A stretch of DNA of 64,000 nucleotides from Bacteroidia bacterium (GTDB taxonomy: Bacteria > Bacteroidota > Bacteroidia > UKL13-3), in assembly GCA_020049855.1 (NCBI GenBank), contig JAGVLJ010000016.1:5603-69602 (forward strand), in the 5' to 3' direction. Below, in pieces: positions 18,347 to 27,512 of the stretch. The notes under the pieces were generated by a model, which searched no databases, had not been told where the DNA came from, and saw only the letters and a program-made list of their open reading frames with translations. The translations under genes were made by a program, and so were the position numbers. Numbering within the stretch: the first letter of the stretch is position 1; each line of letters starts with the position of its first letter.

Positions 18347-20167
18347 ATGAGCGTAAGATGTTATTTTCTTGTTTGGGTAGCACTCATTTTGTGCTTTGAG
18401 CAAAGAGTAGTTGCACAGAATTTCCCGAAAGAAATTATGTTAAAACCCGTATACTACAACGCCTCCATTGGTGAAAACATAAAAGTAGTTGCCAGAAAAT
18501 ATAAACTGAGTGAACGAACACTTGCCTCGCGAAACAGAATTCCTGCACACCAGCTGTTTAAAAAAGTAACGCCTATCATCATTGGTTACAGCCTGGTACC
18601 TGACAATGAACTTAGCAATCCCCCGGAAAATGCCTTTATAGTAGACGAAGAAACAGTAAAAATTTATTCAATCATTCCGGAAAATTTTATAGCTGACTCA
18701 ATAAGCATCTCCCCTTCCCTTTTTGCCAAATTGGTCATACAACCCGAAGAAATACTAGCTCCTGCTGCTGATATAACCCGCAAACCGCAACCAACCGAAG
18801 TGAAAAAGACGGAGACCGCGTCCTCAACCTCCCCCGCTAATCCGGCTCCGCTTACAGCAGGCGAATTAGCCAAAAGTGGTACTGATTATAAAGGAGATTT
18901 TGCACCCGATACCACCGAGGACACTGACCCCGCTATCAACAATATCTCCCCAGATAAACAAACCGGGACTATGGAAAGCTATTTTGCCGACCGTGTGAGA
19001 GAAATTGAAGAAAGTTCTATTGACTCAACCGATAGGGAAATTGAGTTTTTCGAATCACCGTCAGGTTGGTTTGCCCAAACGTACCGGGATCAACCTACCA
19101 TTATTCAGCGTGGATTGATTATTTTGTGTTTTTTTATATTTGGGAACATTACCCTTTTTGTTATTATAATAAGCAGCCGTATTTATAAAACCTACATTGA
19201 GATACGAAAAAAACGATTGATTGAAGTATATGAACCATTGCTGGCAAACTTATTATTTGGCGAATACGATACAGAGGAGCGCAGGATGCACGTGGTAAGG
19301 CGTATTAAAAAAAGGTATCTTGTAAATGAATTTAACAATGAGGTTTTTTTACAGGAACTGCTAAACCTGCACAAAAATTTTTCGGGCGATGTATGCGATG
19401 AAATACGCAATCTTTACCTTGAGTTTGATTTGCTCAAATTCAGCATGCGAAAGTTAAAAGCTTTTCCATGGGACGTGAAGATTAAAGGTATTCGAGAATT
19501 AACGCAAATGGATATAAAGGACGCTTATGATGAAATATTCAAATTTATTGACAGCAAAAATCCAATACTTCGACTTGAAACCCTGTTATCACTTATTCAG
19601 CTTAGCGAATCAGACCCACTGAAATTTCTTAGCAATACAAAAGCTAAAATGACCGGATGGCAGCAGGTAAATATTCTGGCCATTCTCTCTATTTTAAATA
19701 CAGACGATTTACCTGATTTCAAACGCTGGCTTAATTCCCCCAACGACTCGGTATCTTTATTTACTGTTCGAATGATTAATCACTTCAAGCAAATCGGTTC
19801 TGTAAATGCCATTATCCCAATGCTGGAAGATCCAAGAGAAGAAATACGTGAAGCCATTATTGATACCATAGGCAATTTAGAGCTATACGGATTTGCCGAT
19901 CAACTAATAGATACTTTCGGCAAAGAACAAGATCGGTTAAGGGTGAAAATACTTCAGGTAATGACCAAAATAAGTGATGACGACCAGATACCATTCTTTA
20001 AACAAGAACTTTTCAGCCCCAACTTTGCGATAGCACTCAATTCGGCCATAGCACTTGTAAAAACAGGGCCTAAAGGAAAAAGAGACCTGGAATTATTACT
20101 GGAATCGGCCGATGAACGAAGTTCAAAAATTATCAAACATGCACTCGATAAACGAATAGTAAAATAA
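18347..20167 (+). CDS. LysM-like + linker + TM + HEAT-repeat protein
   Basis: Signal peptide; LysM-like aa 36-80; P/T/S/D/E-rich linker; TM aa ~256-276; HEAT-like repeats (WLNSPNDSVSLF, LEDPREEIREAII). Confidence 0.75.
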   Translation: MSVRCYFLVWVALILCFEQRVVAQNFPKEIMLKPVYYNASIGENIKVVARKYKLSERTLASRNRIPAHQLFKKVTPIIIGYSLVPDNELSNPPENAFIVDEETVKIYSIIPENFIADSISISPSLFAKLVIQPEEILAPAADITRKPQPTEVKKTETASSTSPANPAPLTAGELAKSGTDYKGDFAPDTTEDTDPAINNISPDKQTGTMESYFADRVREIEESSIDSTDREIEFFESPSGWFAQTYRDQPTIIQRGLIILCFFIFGNITLFVIIISSRIYKTYIEIRKKRLIEVYEPLLANLLFGEYDTEERRMHVVRRIKKRYLVNEFNNEVFLQELLNLHKNFSGDVCDEIRNLYLEFDLLKFSMRKLKAFPWDVKIKGIRELTQMDIKDAYDEIFKFIDSKNPILRLETLLSLIQLSESDPLKFLSNTKAKMTGWQQVNILAILSILNTDDLPDFKRWLNSPNDSVSLFTVRMINHFKQIGSVNAIIPMLEDPREEIREAIIDTIGNLELYGFADQLIDTFGKEQDRLRVKILQVMTKISDDDQIPFFKQELFSPNFAIALNSAIALVKTGPKGKRDLELLLESADERSSKIIKHALDKRIVK

Positions 20168-20168
20168 C

Positions 20169-21665
20169 ATGGATAAGTACTTAGAACTGTTAGGCGACTT
20201 TTTTGATTCATTCATTTTTTACTATGCCATCTCCTTGTGTTTCTCTTACTTTATGCTGGCTATTATTTCAGCCTTTGAGATGAGGCACTACATGAAGAAG
20301 AACAGTTTTATTGATTATCGTACCATTCTCAGTTCGCATTTGCAACCATCCATTTCACTCATAGCTCCAGCATATAACGAAGGAGCTAATATTGTTGAAA
20401 ACGTACGCTCACTTCTATCAATTCACTACGGGAACTATGAAGTAATAATTGTCAATGACGGAAGTAAGGACGATTCTATTGCTACATTGGTGCAAAACTA
20501 CGAGCTGGAAAAAGTAGACTATGCTATCAATGAACAACTGCATACTAAACCTGTAAGAGGAGTATATAAATCAAAAAATTCAGCCTTCAGCAAATTACTG
20601 GTAGTTGATAAAGAAAACGGAGGAAAGGCCGATGCATTAAATGTAGGGCTCAATATTTCACAAAGTGATTTGGTGGCTTGTGTAGATGTAGATTGCGTGA
20701 TTGAACAGGATGCCCTTGTAAAAATGGTTAAACCTTTTATTGAAGAAGAAACAAGAGTTATTGCCACGGGAGGTGTTGTGCGTATTGCCAATTCATGCGA
20801 AATAGAAAACGGTAAACTCATAAAAGTAAACCTACCTGATGAGCTACTTCCAAGAATTCAGGTTATTGAATACATTCGTGCATTTTTGATGGGACGTATG
20901 GCGTGGAGTAAATTAAACGGCCTTTTACTTATATCGGGGGCATTTGGATTATTTGATCGTGACATTGCCATTAAAAGTGGTGGATACAATCACAAAACAG
21001 TTGGCGAAGACATGGAACTGGTAGTGCGTATGCGTATTTGGTGCCATGAAAACAATATTAAATACCGGGTGGTTTATATTCCTGATCCTCTTTGCTGGAC
21101 CGAAGCCCCCAATAACGTAAAAATACTTGGCCGCCAACGAAACCGATGGGCCAGAGGTACTGCCGAAACATTGTGGTTTCACCGAAAAATATTCCTGAAC
21201 CCCAAATATGGCAAACTGGGAATTGTAAGTTACCCTTTCTGGCTTCTCTATGAGTGGCTTGCTCCTTTTATTGAATTTTTTGGATTATTGTTTTACATCA
21301 TTCTCGCTATTCTTGGATTCTCTACTTGGGAATTTTTTATCATGATTGTTAGTTTGATTTACGCCTTTGCAGTTATGATGTCGATATCCGCCATTTTGTT
21401 TGAAGAAATGTCCTATCACCAGTATAAAAATAAACGAGATATGTTCAGGATGATGGCTACTGCTTTAATTGAGCCAATTTTCTACCACCCTATGACGGTA
21501 AAATGGTCGCTGGAAGGCAATATTGACCTGTTAACAGGCAAGAAAAACTGGGGCGAGATGACAAGACAGGGATTAGGTAAAAAGAAAGTTCGAAAAGAAA
21601 CAACTTCAGCCAAACCTAAAGAAACTAAAACGGACATCCCTTCAGCAACTAATTCAGAATCGTAA
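20169..21665 (+). CDS. Processive family-2 glycosyltransferase (PgaC/IcaA/YaiP-like polysaccharide synthase)
   Basis: PAYNE, NDGSKD, GGKADALN, DVD, GEDME and QRNRW motifs; N- and C-terminal TMs. Confidence 0.9.
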   Translation: MDKYLELLGDFFDSFIFYYAISLCFSYFMLAIISAFEMRHYMKKNSFIDYRTILSSHLQPSISLIAPAYNEGANIVENVRSLLSIHYGNYEVIIVNDGSKDDSIATLVQNYELEKVDYAINEQLHTKPVRGVYKSKNSAFSKLLVVDKENGGKADALNVGLNISQSDLVACVDVDCVIEQDALVKMVKPFIEEETRVIATGGVVRIANSCEIENGKLIKVNLPDELLPRIQVIEYIRAFLMGRMAWSKLNGLLLISGAFGLFDRDIAIKSGGYNHKTVGEDMELVVRMRIWCHENNIKYRVVYIPDPLCWTEAPNNVKILGRQRNRWARGTAETLWFHRKIFLNPKYGKLGIVSYPFWLLYEWLAPFIEFFGLLFYIILAILGFSTWEFFIMIVSLIYAFAVMMSISAILFEEMSYHQYKNKRDMFRMMATALIEPIFYHPMTVKWSLEGNIDLLTGKKNWGEMTRQGLGKKKVRKETTSAKPKETKTDIPSATNSES

Positions 21666-22830
21666 TAATTTCTTTCCCCTGCCGTTTGCGGTGCTCATTT
21701 ATCGCAGTTCGGATAAGTGGAATATAATATTCCCAAAAAAATCGCTTCCGGTTTTCAAGTTCTATCTGCGAATAAAACATAGAACGAAAATTACGTATCC
21801 CCCGCAATTTTGACGACATCATTCCTATTTGATTATCACAAAAATCGGCTGAAAAATAATAATAATTCGAATCGCCCGAATGATGCTCAATTGATGCAAT
21901 GAATGTTTGGGGAATATGATAATAATTTAAAATGGAATCGCCCGACTTGTTTGTTTTCACAGAGAAAACAGACATTACGTTGTTATTGGCTCTTGCGTTA
22001 AGGGTAACAGCAAACCAAAAAGGGTATAAAATATTTTCGGGCAGGTTATATGATTTCTGATACTTCTCATCAGTGTATATAATGGGTATTGGAAAATTCA
22101 TATGCCGTTTCTCATCTAAAATAACAATTTTATCACTGGTATGAACATACACCAGACCGCCATCTCTAAAAGGCCATTTTCCTCCATGCTGCCTACGGTA
22201 AAGTTTCCAAACCCATGGAGGTAATTCTTTATTTTTTACCGTATCCAGCGATGAAAAATACCTCCCTACCCAACCTGTCCATTGCAAACCTAAAAGTTCT
22301 TCGCATTTTTGCCGCAGGGTGTAGGAAGTAGGTAAAGCATATAAACTGAATTCGGTAATGATGGTTTTTTTCTTTTCTACCATCTTTTTCAAAAGCTCGT
22401 AGTCGTTTTTATGCAATCCCCCATAAATTAACTCCGACCGTTCTTTATCATTCCCCTTTCTGTACCACTCGTTGTGATAAATTCCATAGGTGTCGGTATA
22501 ATAGGCCATTTCGTAATACGATGCCATACTATCCAAATCCTTGTCGCTGTAATCAGCTAAATCTCGTACATCAAACTGAAAATCTTCCAAGGGAAAGAAC
22601 CCCATATAGTCCTTGTCTATTTTGTATAAATCACCATTGGGTTTGGTAATTTTCATGTGATCCAGAATCCAGTTAAACGATCGGTGCTCAAGCCCCTCTT
22701 TTGTAAGTACCGTTTTATCAAGAATGAAAATTTTCATCGGATACTGGCTTTGAAACAACCAAATAACCCAGAGAATGAACGGGAATAATAAAATTACCAA
22801 TAAAATAATACGAACTGTTTTGCGTAGCAT
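21649..22830 (-). CDS. Membrane-anchored hypothetical protein, probable accessory of the GT2 locus
   Basis: N-terminal TM, then a soluble domain with ILDKTV...EH..F.WIL, DTYGIY, YGGL and WTGWVGRYF; overlaps the GT2 3' end by 17 bp. Confidence 0.7.
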   Translation of the reverse strand: MLRKTVRIILLVILLFPFILWVIWLFQSQYPMKIFILDKTVLTKEGLEHRSFNWILDHMKITKPNGDLYKIDKDYMGFFPLEDFQFDVRDLADYSDKDLDSMASYYEMAYYTDTYGIYHNEWYRKGNDKERSELIYGGLHKNDYELLKKMVEKKKTIITEFSLYALPTSYTLRQKCEELLGLQWTGWVGRYFSSLDTVKNKELPPWVWKLYRRQHGGKWPFRDGGLVYVHTSDKIVILDEKRHMNFPIPIIYTDEKYQKSYNLPENILYPFWFAVTLNARANNNVMSVFSVKTNKSGDSILNYYHIPQTFIASIEHHSGDSNYYYFSADFCDNQIGMMSSKLRGIRNFRSMFYSQIELENRKRFFWEYYIPLIRTAINEHRKRQGKEIITILN

Positions 22831-22918
22831 GAATTACGAATATCATCAATATTGAGCAAACTTGTTGAAAAAACAAAAACATCAGCCGAAAATCATCAAT
22901 TCAATCTAATTTTGCAAT

Positions 22919-23569
22919 ATGGAAATGAGTAATAAACATATTGCAGCACTACGTAAAGAATACCTGCTGAAAGAATTTGATGAAGGCCATTTGCTGGCCG
23001 ACCCTTACAACCAATTTAGGCTGTGGTTTAAAGAAGCCATTGAATCGGAGGTAAATGAACCAAATGCGATGATGCTTGCCACGGCTTCGCCAAACGGACA
23101 GCCACATGCACGCATTGTATTGCTAAAAGGTTTTGACCATGAAGGCCTGGTTTTTTTTACCAACTACCAAAGCGATAAGGGAGAACAGATAAAAGAAAAT
23201 AATCAAGTAGCTCTTACTTTTTTCTGGCCCGAACTGGAGCGGCAGGTTCGTATAGAAGGAACGGCAAAGCAAATTCACCCTGAAAAATCAGATGAATATT
23301 TTTATAGTCGCCCCATCGGCAGTCAAATTGGTGCTCATGTGTCGCCCCAAAGCAAAGTAATTGTAAACCGTAAGTTTTTAGAGGATCGTGTACGCGAATT
23401 TGAAAAATTATTTTCTGAACAACCTTTACTACGACCCGAACACTGGGGAGGATATGTGGTAAACCCTCATTTATTTGAATTTTGGCAAGGACGCAGCAGC
23501 AGGCTACACGATCGTTTTTTATTTACATGCAAAGGCTCAATCTGGCAAATAGAACGGATAGCCCCTTAA
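22919..23569 (+). CDS. pdxH: Pyridoxine/pyridoxamine 5'-phosphate oxidase
   Basis: LRKEY, EPNAMMLATA, RIVLLK, FFTNYQS and EFWQGRSSRLHDR. Confidence 0.97.
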   Translation: MEMSNKHIAALRKEYLLKEFDEGHLLADPYNQFRLWFKEAIESEVNEPNAMMLATASPNGQPHARIVLLKGFDHEGLVFFTNYQSDKGEQIKENNQVALTFFWPELERQVRIEGTAKQIHPEKSDEYFYSRPIGSQIGAHVSPQSKVIVNRKFLEDRVREFEKLFSEQPLLRPEHWGGYVVNPHLFEFWQGRSSRLHDRFLFTCKGSIWQIERIAP

Positions 23570-24693
23570 TCCTTAACTGGAACAGGTACCCCCTGTTTAG
23601 TAATATAAAAAACATGGTTTAGGTATTGCACCTTAGCCAACCCAAAGCTAAAAGGTGACACTCCGTCAAATTCGGGCTGAATAACCACCCTCCCCTTTTT
23701 ATTCATAAAACCCCATCGCCCGTGCTTACGAATAGCGGCCATTCCATTTGAAAAACCTTGCGCCTCATCTAGTGTGAGCGGGACAAAAATAGCTCCTTTA
23801 CTATCAATAAAACCCCATTTTTTATTTACCATCACCGCTGCATACCCTTCCGAAAACGACTCGGCATAATCGTATTCTGGTTTAATAATTACTCTTTGTT
23901 TAAGGTTTATATACCCTATTTTATCCTTAATACGTACAGCTATTAATCCCTCGGCATAATCGGAAGCAAAAGTGTATTTAGGTTTTATCAAAACTTTGCC
24001 CCGCTGATTTACAAAACCGGCTAATCCGCCCAAATCAATGCGAGCAACCCCGCCCGAAAACGGATAGATATAATCATATATAGCAGGCAACAAAAATTTA
24101 CCGTGTGCATCAATCAATCCGTATTTATTTTTCATTTTTACCCGAGCCACACTATCTACAAAATCTCCGGCATCAAAAAACTGGCAAGGAATAACCAGAG
24201 TTCCGGTTTTATCCATGTACCCGAATTTAAAAACCAACATAGCGATGCGGCCTTTAATTTTTACATCCTCCTGCACACTTACCACAGCAAGCCCGTTATG
24301 AAATAATTGTGAATCATAAAAACCCGTGGGAACCTCAAGCACTTTAGCACCTGTTTTGTCAATATAATAGCGCTCGTTTTGCTCCCCTTGTATGCGTGCC
24401 CACCCCTCAGAGAATGGTGATGCACTTTGGCAGGTAAGTGGGCCAATCACTGTTTTACCTGTAGGGTCAATATAAAATTTCTTGCCCTCCCGCTCCACTA
24501 AAGCTAGGCCTTCGCTAAACTCATCGGCATACGAATACACTGTGTCGATAACCAAATGGCCTGTTTCATTTACATAGCCGTATTTTTTATTCCACTCAAA
24601 AGGGGTTAGGTTATTTCCCTGTGCCACTAAACGCCCCGACAGCATGAGCAAGGCAGTTGTAACAAGAAGAATGTATTTTTTGATATATCTCAA
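23566..24693 (-). CDS. WG repeat-containing secreted protein
   Basis: Signal peptide; repeated [YW]G[YF]I[DN]..G..VI...Y....F.EG.A.V units. Confidence 0.9.
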   Translation of the reverse strand: MRYIKKYILLVTTALLMLSGRLVAQGNNLTPFEWNKKYGYVNETGHLVIDTVYSYADEFSEGLALVEREGKKFYIDPTGKTVIGPLTCQSASPFSEGWARIQGEQNERYYIDKTGAKVLEVPTGFYDSQLFHNGLAVVSVQEDVKIKGRIAMLVFKFGYMDKTGTLVIPCQFFDAGDFVDSVARVKMKNKYGLIDAHGKFLLPAIYDYIYPFSGGVARIDLGGLAGFVNQRGKVLIKPKYTFASDYAEGLIAVRIKDKIGYINLKQRVIIKPEYDYAESFSEGYAAVMVNKKWGFIDSKGAIFVPLTLDEAQGFSNGMAAIRKHGRWGFMNKKGRVVIQPEFDGVSPFSFGLAKVQYLNHVFYITKQGVPVPVKD

Positions 24694-24839
24694 AATAATA
24701 TGTTATTAGAATTACTAATAGGCAAAAATAACTTGAGAAAGGCATTTAACCCATGTTACATTATCAACATCAACCTGTAAATTGTTTGCTTTTTATAATC
24801 TCACCTTTACCTTAGCATGATAAGCCCTGTTAAGCGGGA

Positions 24840-25601
24840 TTAGGAATGAGGGGCAGTTGCACGCAAAGGTAACCGTCTTTTCCGGAAAATAAATTCAAGC
24901 AAAACCCTTGACGGTTTGGGTGTGCGCATGCGTTTTAATCCGAATTTTTCAATGGAGTGTGTCTGAATATGCATAACGGCCTCCTCCACCGAGTCGGTGT
25001 ACAGCAACAGGTTTAAATCATTGGCATCAATGGTGCCGCCTTCCACCATTTTATCCAGCATTTCTATCAGGTTTTTCCAGTACTCCTTGCCAAACAACAC
25101 TACCGGAAAATCTTCCACTTTATGGGTTTGAATAAGGGTGAGTGCTTCAAACATTTCGTCCATGGTGCCCATGCCACCGGGCATAATGATAAACCCATAG
25201 CTGTATTTAAACATCATAAACTTGCGAATGAAAAAATACTTGAAGGTTACTTCCTTATCTACATACGGATTTGGATGTTGCTCAAAGGGTAAAATAATAT
25301 TGCAGCCCACTGAGCGGCCACCCGATTCAAAAGCACCGCGATTGGCTGCTTCCATAATTCCGGGGCCGCCTCCGGTCATCACGGTAAATCCAATTTTTGC
25401 CAGATGCCTTCCTATTTCGCGCGCCTGTTGGTAATTAGGATGATCTTCTTTAAACCGGGCCGAACCAAACACCGTAATACAGGGTCCTACAAAATGCAAT
25501 ACACGAAACCCGCGTATGGTTTCAGACAAAATACGAAAAGTAAATTTTAATTCCTGCCACCTGGAACGTGGCCCCTCCAGATAAACACTCTTTTTTGCCA
25601 T
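24840..25601 (-). CDS. LOG family (TIGR00730) protein
   Basis: TVFGSAR, TGGGPGIMEAANRGA and PGGMGTMDE; start probably ATG 25601. Confidence 0.92.
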   Translation of the reverse strand: MAKKSVYLEGPRSRWQELKFTFRILSETIRGFRVLHFVGPCITVFGSARFKEDHPNYQQAREIGRHLAKIGFTVMTGGGPGIMEAANRGAFESGGRSVGCNIILPFEQHPNPYVDKEVTFKYFFIRKFMMFKYSYGFIIMPGGMGTMDEMFEALTLIQTHKVEDFPVVLFGKEYWKNLIEMLDKMVEGGTIDANDLNLLLYTDSVEEAVMHIQTHSIEKFGLKRMRTPKPSRVLLEFIFRKRRLPLRATAPHS

Positions 25602-25705
25602 ATACAAATAGAACGAAAAAAAACGTGACTTGTTGGTAACGCAGAGAAGAAATTTAAGATTTGATACGAACGAGCAGGTCAATGATTTTGAACCTGCGGA
25701 AAACC

Positions 25706-25755
25706 ATCCCCCTACCCCCTTTGCTTGCACTCAACCCCAACGCTGCAAGGGGGAC
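25706..25755. repeat. REP-like palindromic element (ATCCCCCTACCCCCTTTGC...GCAAGGGGGAC)
   Basis: GC-rich imperfect inverted repeat in AT-rich intergenic DNA; one copy seen in this window. Confidence 0.5.
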
Positions 25756-25806
25756 TTAGAACATTTTTAGCACAAAACAATATGACTGCGTTGGCGTGGA
25801 GATTAA

Positions 25807-25829
25807 ATCCTTAGTCACAGACTAAGGAT
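25807..25829. repeat. Perfect 10-bp inverted repeat ATCCTTAGTC-aca-GACTAAGGAT (REP-like)
   Basis: Seen directly; no T-tract, so not a typical terminator. Confidence 0.55.
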
Positions 25830-26292
25830 ATCTGGGAGTAAAGATTGCCTCACGCATTAATTCCAACTCAAAATAAAAAAAATTGGTTTGAAGTGGTTGA
25901 TACTCTAAGGCCTTTACTCCATCAATAAATACCACATTTCCCGATGGTTTTGCGGCCTTGTAAATGTACAGGTAATTTTTTTCTACCTGCGAACAAACCG
26001 GAAGTAACGGGTTAACCGAGGCATTTACCGAAATAACACCTATCCTTCAATCGGTGCTGCGATTAAATACATACCGATTCGTACGTAATTGAGGACTATC
26101 TATTACCATAGAATCTGTTAATGTATATACTTCGACTATCCTGTGCAACGAATCGCGATATGAAGAATAATGCACAAACCGCAGTGAAACGGGTATAGAA
26201 ACCATTTCCCAACTTTTACTCTAAGCATGGGCATTACCCAGACTTGCCAGAATCAGATATAAAATAAAAAATGTTATTTTTTTGTGAACCAT
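25822..26292 (-). pseudogene. Pseudogene of a secreted protein with two in-frame stops
   Basis: One frame of 157 codons: MVHKKITFFILYLILASLGNAHA*(TAG 26223)...STD*(TGA 26049)...RYP*; signal peptide at the start. Confidence 0.55.
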
Positions 26293-26361
26293 TATTAAAA
26301 TGTACCTTTCAAATGAATCAGGTCCATCTGTATGATTACAAATTTACAGTTAAATTTATTA

Positions 26362-27486
26362 TTACAAATTGCCTCTTAACTCCTGCTCACGCTCTATGGC
26401 TTCAAACAGGGCTTTAAAATTTCCTTTGCCAAAACTTTTGGCTCCCTTGCGTTGTATAATTTCGTAAAACATAGTTGGCCTGTCTTCAACCGGTTTGGTA
26501 AACAACTGCAGCAAATACCCTTCGTCATCGCGGTCAACTAAAATGCCCAATTCTTTCAGCGGTTCTATATCCTCTTCAATGGGTCCTACCCTGTCCAGCA
26601 AATCATCGTAGTACGTAGAAGGCACTTTTAAAAATTCTACCCCGCGAGCCATTAACTGCCTTACCGTTGAAACAATATCTTTGGTGGCAATGGCAATATG
26701 CTGGGTTCCCTCTCCTTCATAAAATTCGAGGTACTCTTCTACCTGCGATTTTTTCTTGCCTTCGGCCGGCTCGTTAATCGGGAATTTCACATACCCGTTT
26801 CCATTGCTCATTACTTTACTCATCAACGCAGAGTATTCGGTACTAATATCTTTATCATCAAACGAGAGGATGTTTTTAAATCCCATCACATTTTCATAGA
26901 AATTTACCCAGGGGTTCATTTGATTCCACCCTACATTTCCTACGCAATGGTCAACATAGAGCAAACCCGTTGGCTCGGGATTATACTCGCTCTTCCATGC
27001 TTTAAACCCGGGCATAAAAACTCCGTTATAGTTTTTACGCTCAATAAACAGATGCACCACTTCGCCATAGGTATGAATGCCACTCATGCGCACTTCCCCA
27101 TGAGCATCTGTTAAGGTAGTTGGTTGCATATATGGTTTCCCTCCACGCTTGGTGGTTTGTTCAAAGGCATCGTAGGCATCATCAACCCATAGCGCCAATA
27201 CTTTTACGCCATCGCCATGTTTTTTGTGATGCTCGGCAATGGGGCTGTCGCTATGCAACGGAGAGGTAAGCACCAAACGCATTTTATTTTGCACCAGTAC
27301 GTACGATGAACGGTCTTTCAATCCGGTTTCAGGACCGGCATAGGCCAGTGACTGAAAGCCGAAAGCTGTTTTATAAAAATGTGCTGCCTGCTTGGCGTTG
27401 CCTACATACAACTCTACATAATCGGTTCCGTTAAGCGGAAGAAAATCGGTTGTACTTTGTTTTGTTGTTACTTCTAATGTATCCAT
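26362..27486 (-). CDS. hppD: 4-hydroxyphenylpyruvate dioxygenase
   Basis: DHCVGNV, KFPINEP, QHIA, LLQLFT and FGKGNFKALFEAIE. Confidence 0.97.
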   Translation of the reverse strand: MDTLEVTTKQSTTDFLPLNGTDYVELYVGNAKQAAHFYKTAFGFQSLAYAGPETGLKDRSSYVLVQNKMRLVLTSPLHSDSPIAEHHKKHGDGVKVLALWVDDAYDAFEQTTKRGGKPYMQPTTLTDAHGEVRMSGIHTYGEVVHLFIERKNYNGVFMPGFKAWKSEYNPEPTGLLYVDHCVGNVGWNQMNPWVNFYENVMGFKNILSFDDKDISTEYSALMSKVMSNGNGYVKFPINEPAEGKKKSQVEEYLEFYEGEGTQHIAIATKDIVSTVRQLMARGVEFLKVPSTYYDDLLDRVGPIEEDIEPLKELGILVDRDDEGYLLQLFTKPVEDRPTMFYEIIQRKGAKSFGKGNFKALFEAIEREQELRGNL

Positions 27487-27512
27487 TTCAAAAGGTGTAT
27501 TATGCTATCAAT

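Noticed and set aside
23566-24693. Periodicity suggesting a DNA repeat or CRISPR array
   Set aside because: Protein-level WG repeats; no identical nucleotide direct repeats with spacers
25602-25730. N-terminal extension of the LOG protein
   Set aside because: It runs through the promoter region and a REP-like hairpin; the likely start is 25601
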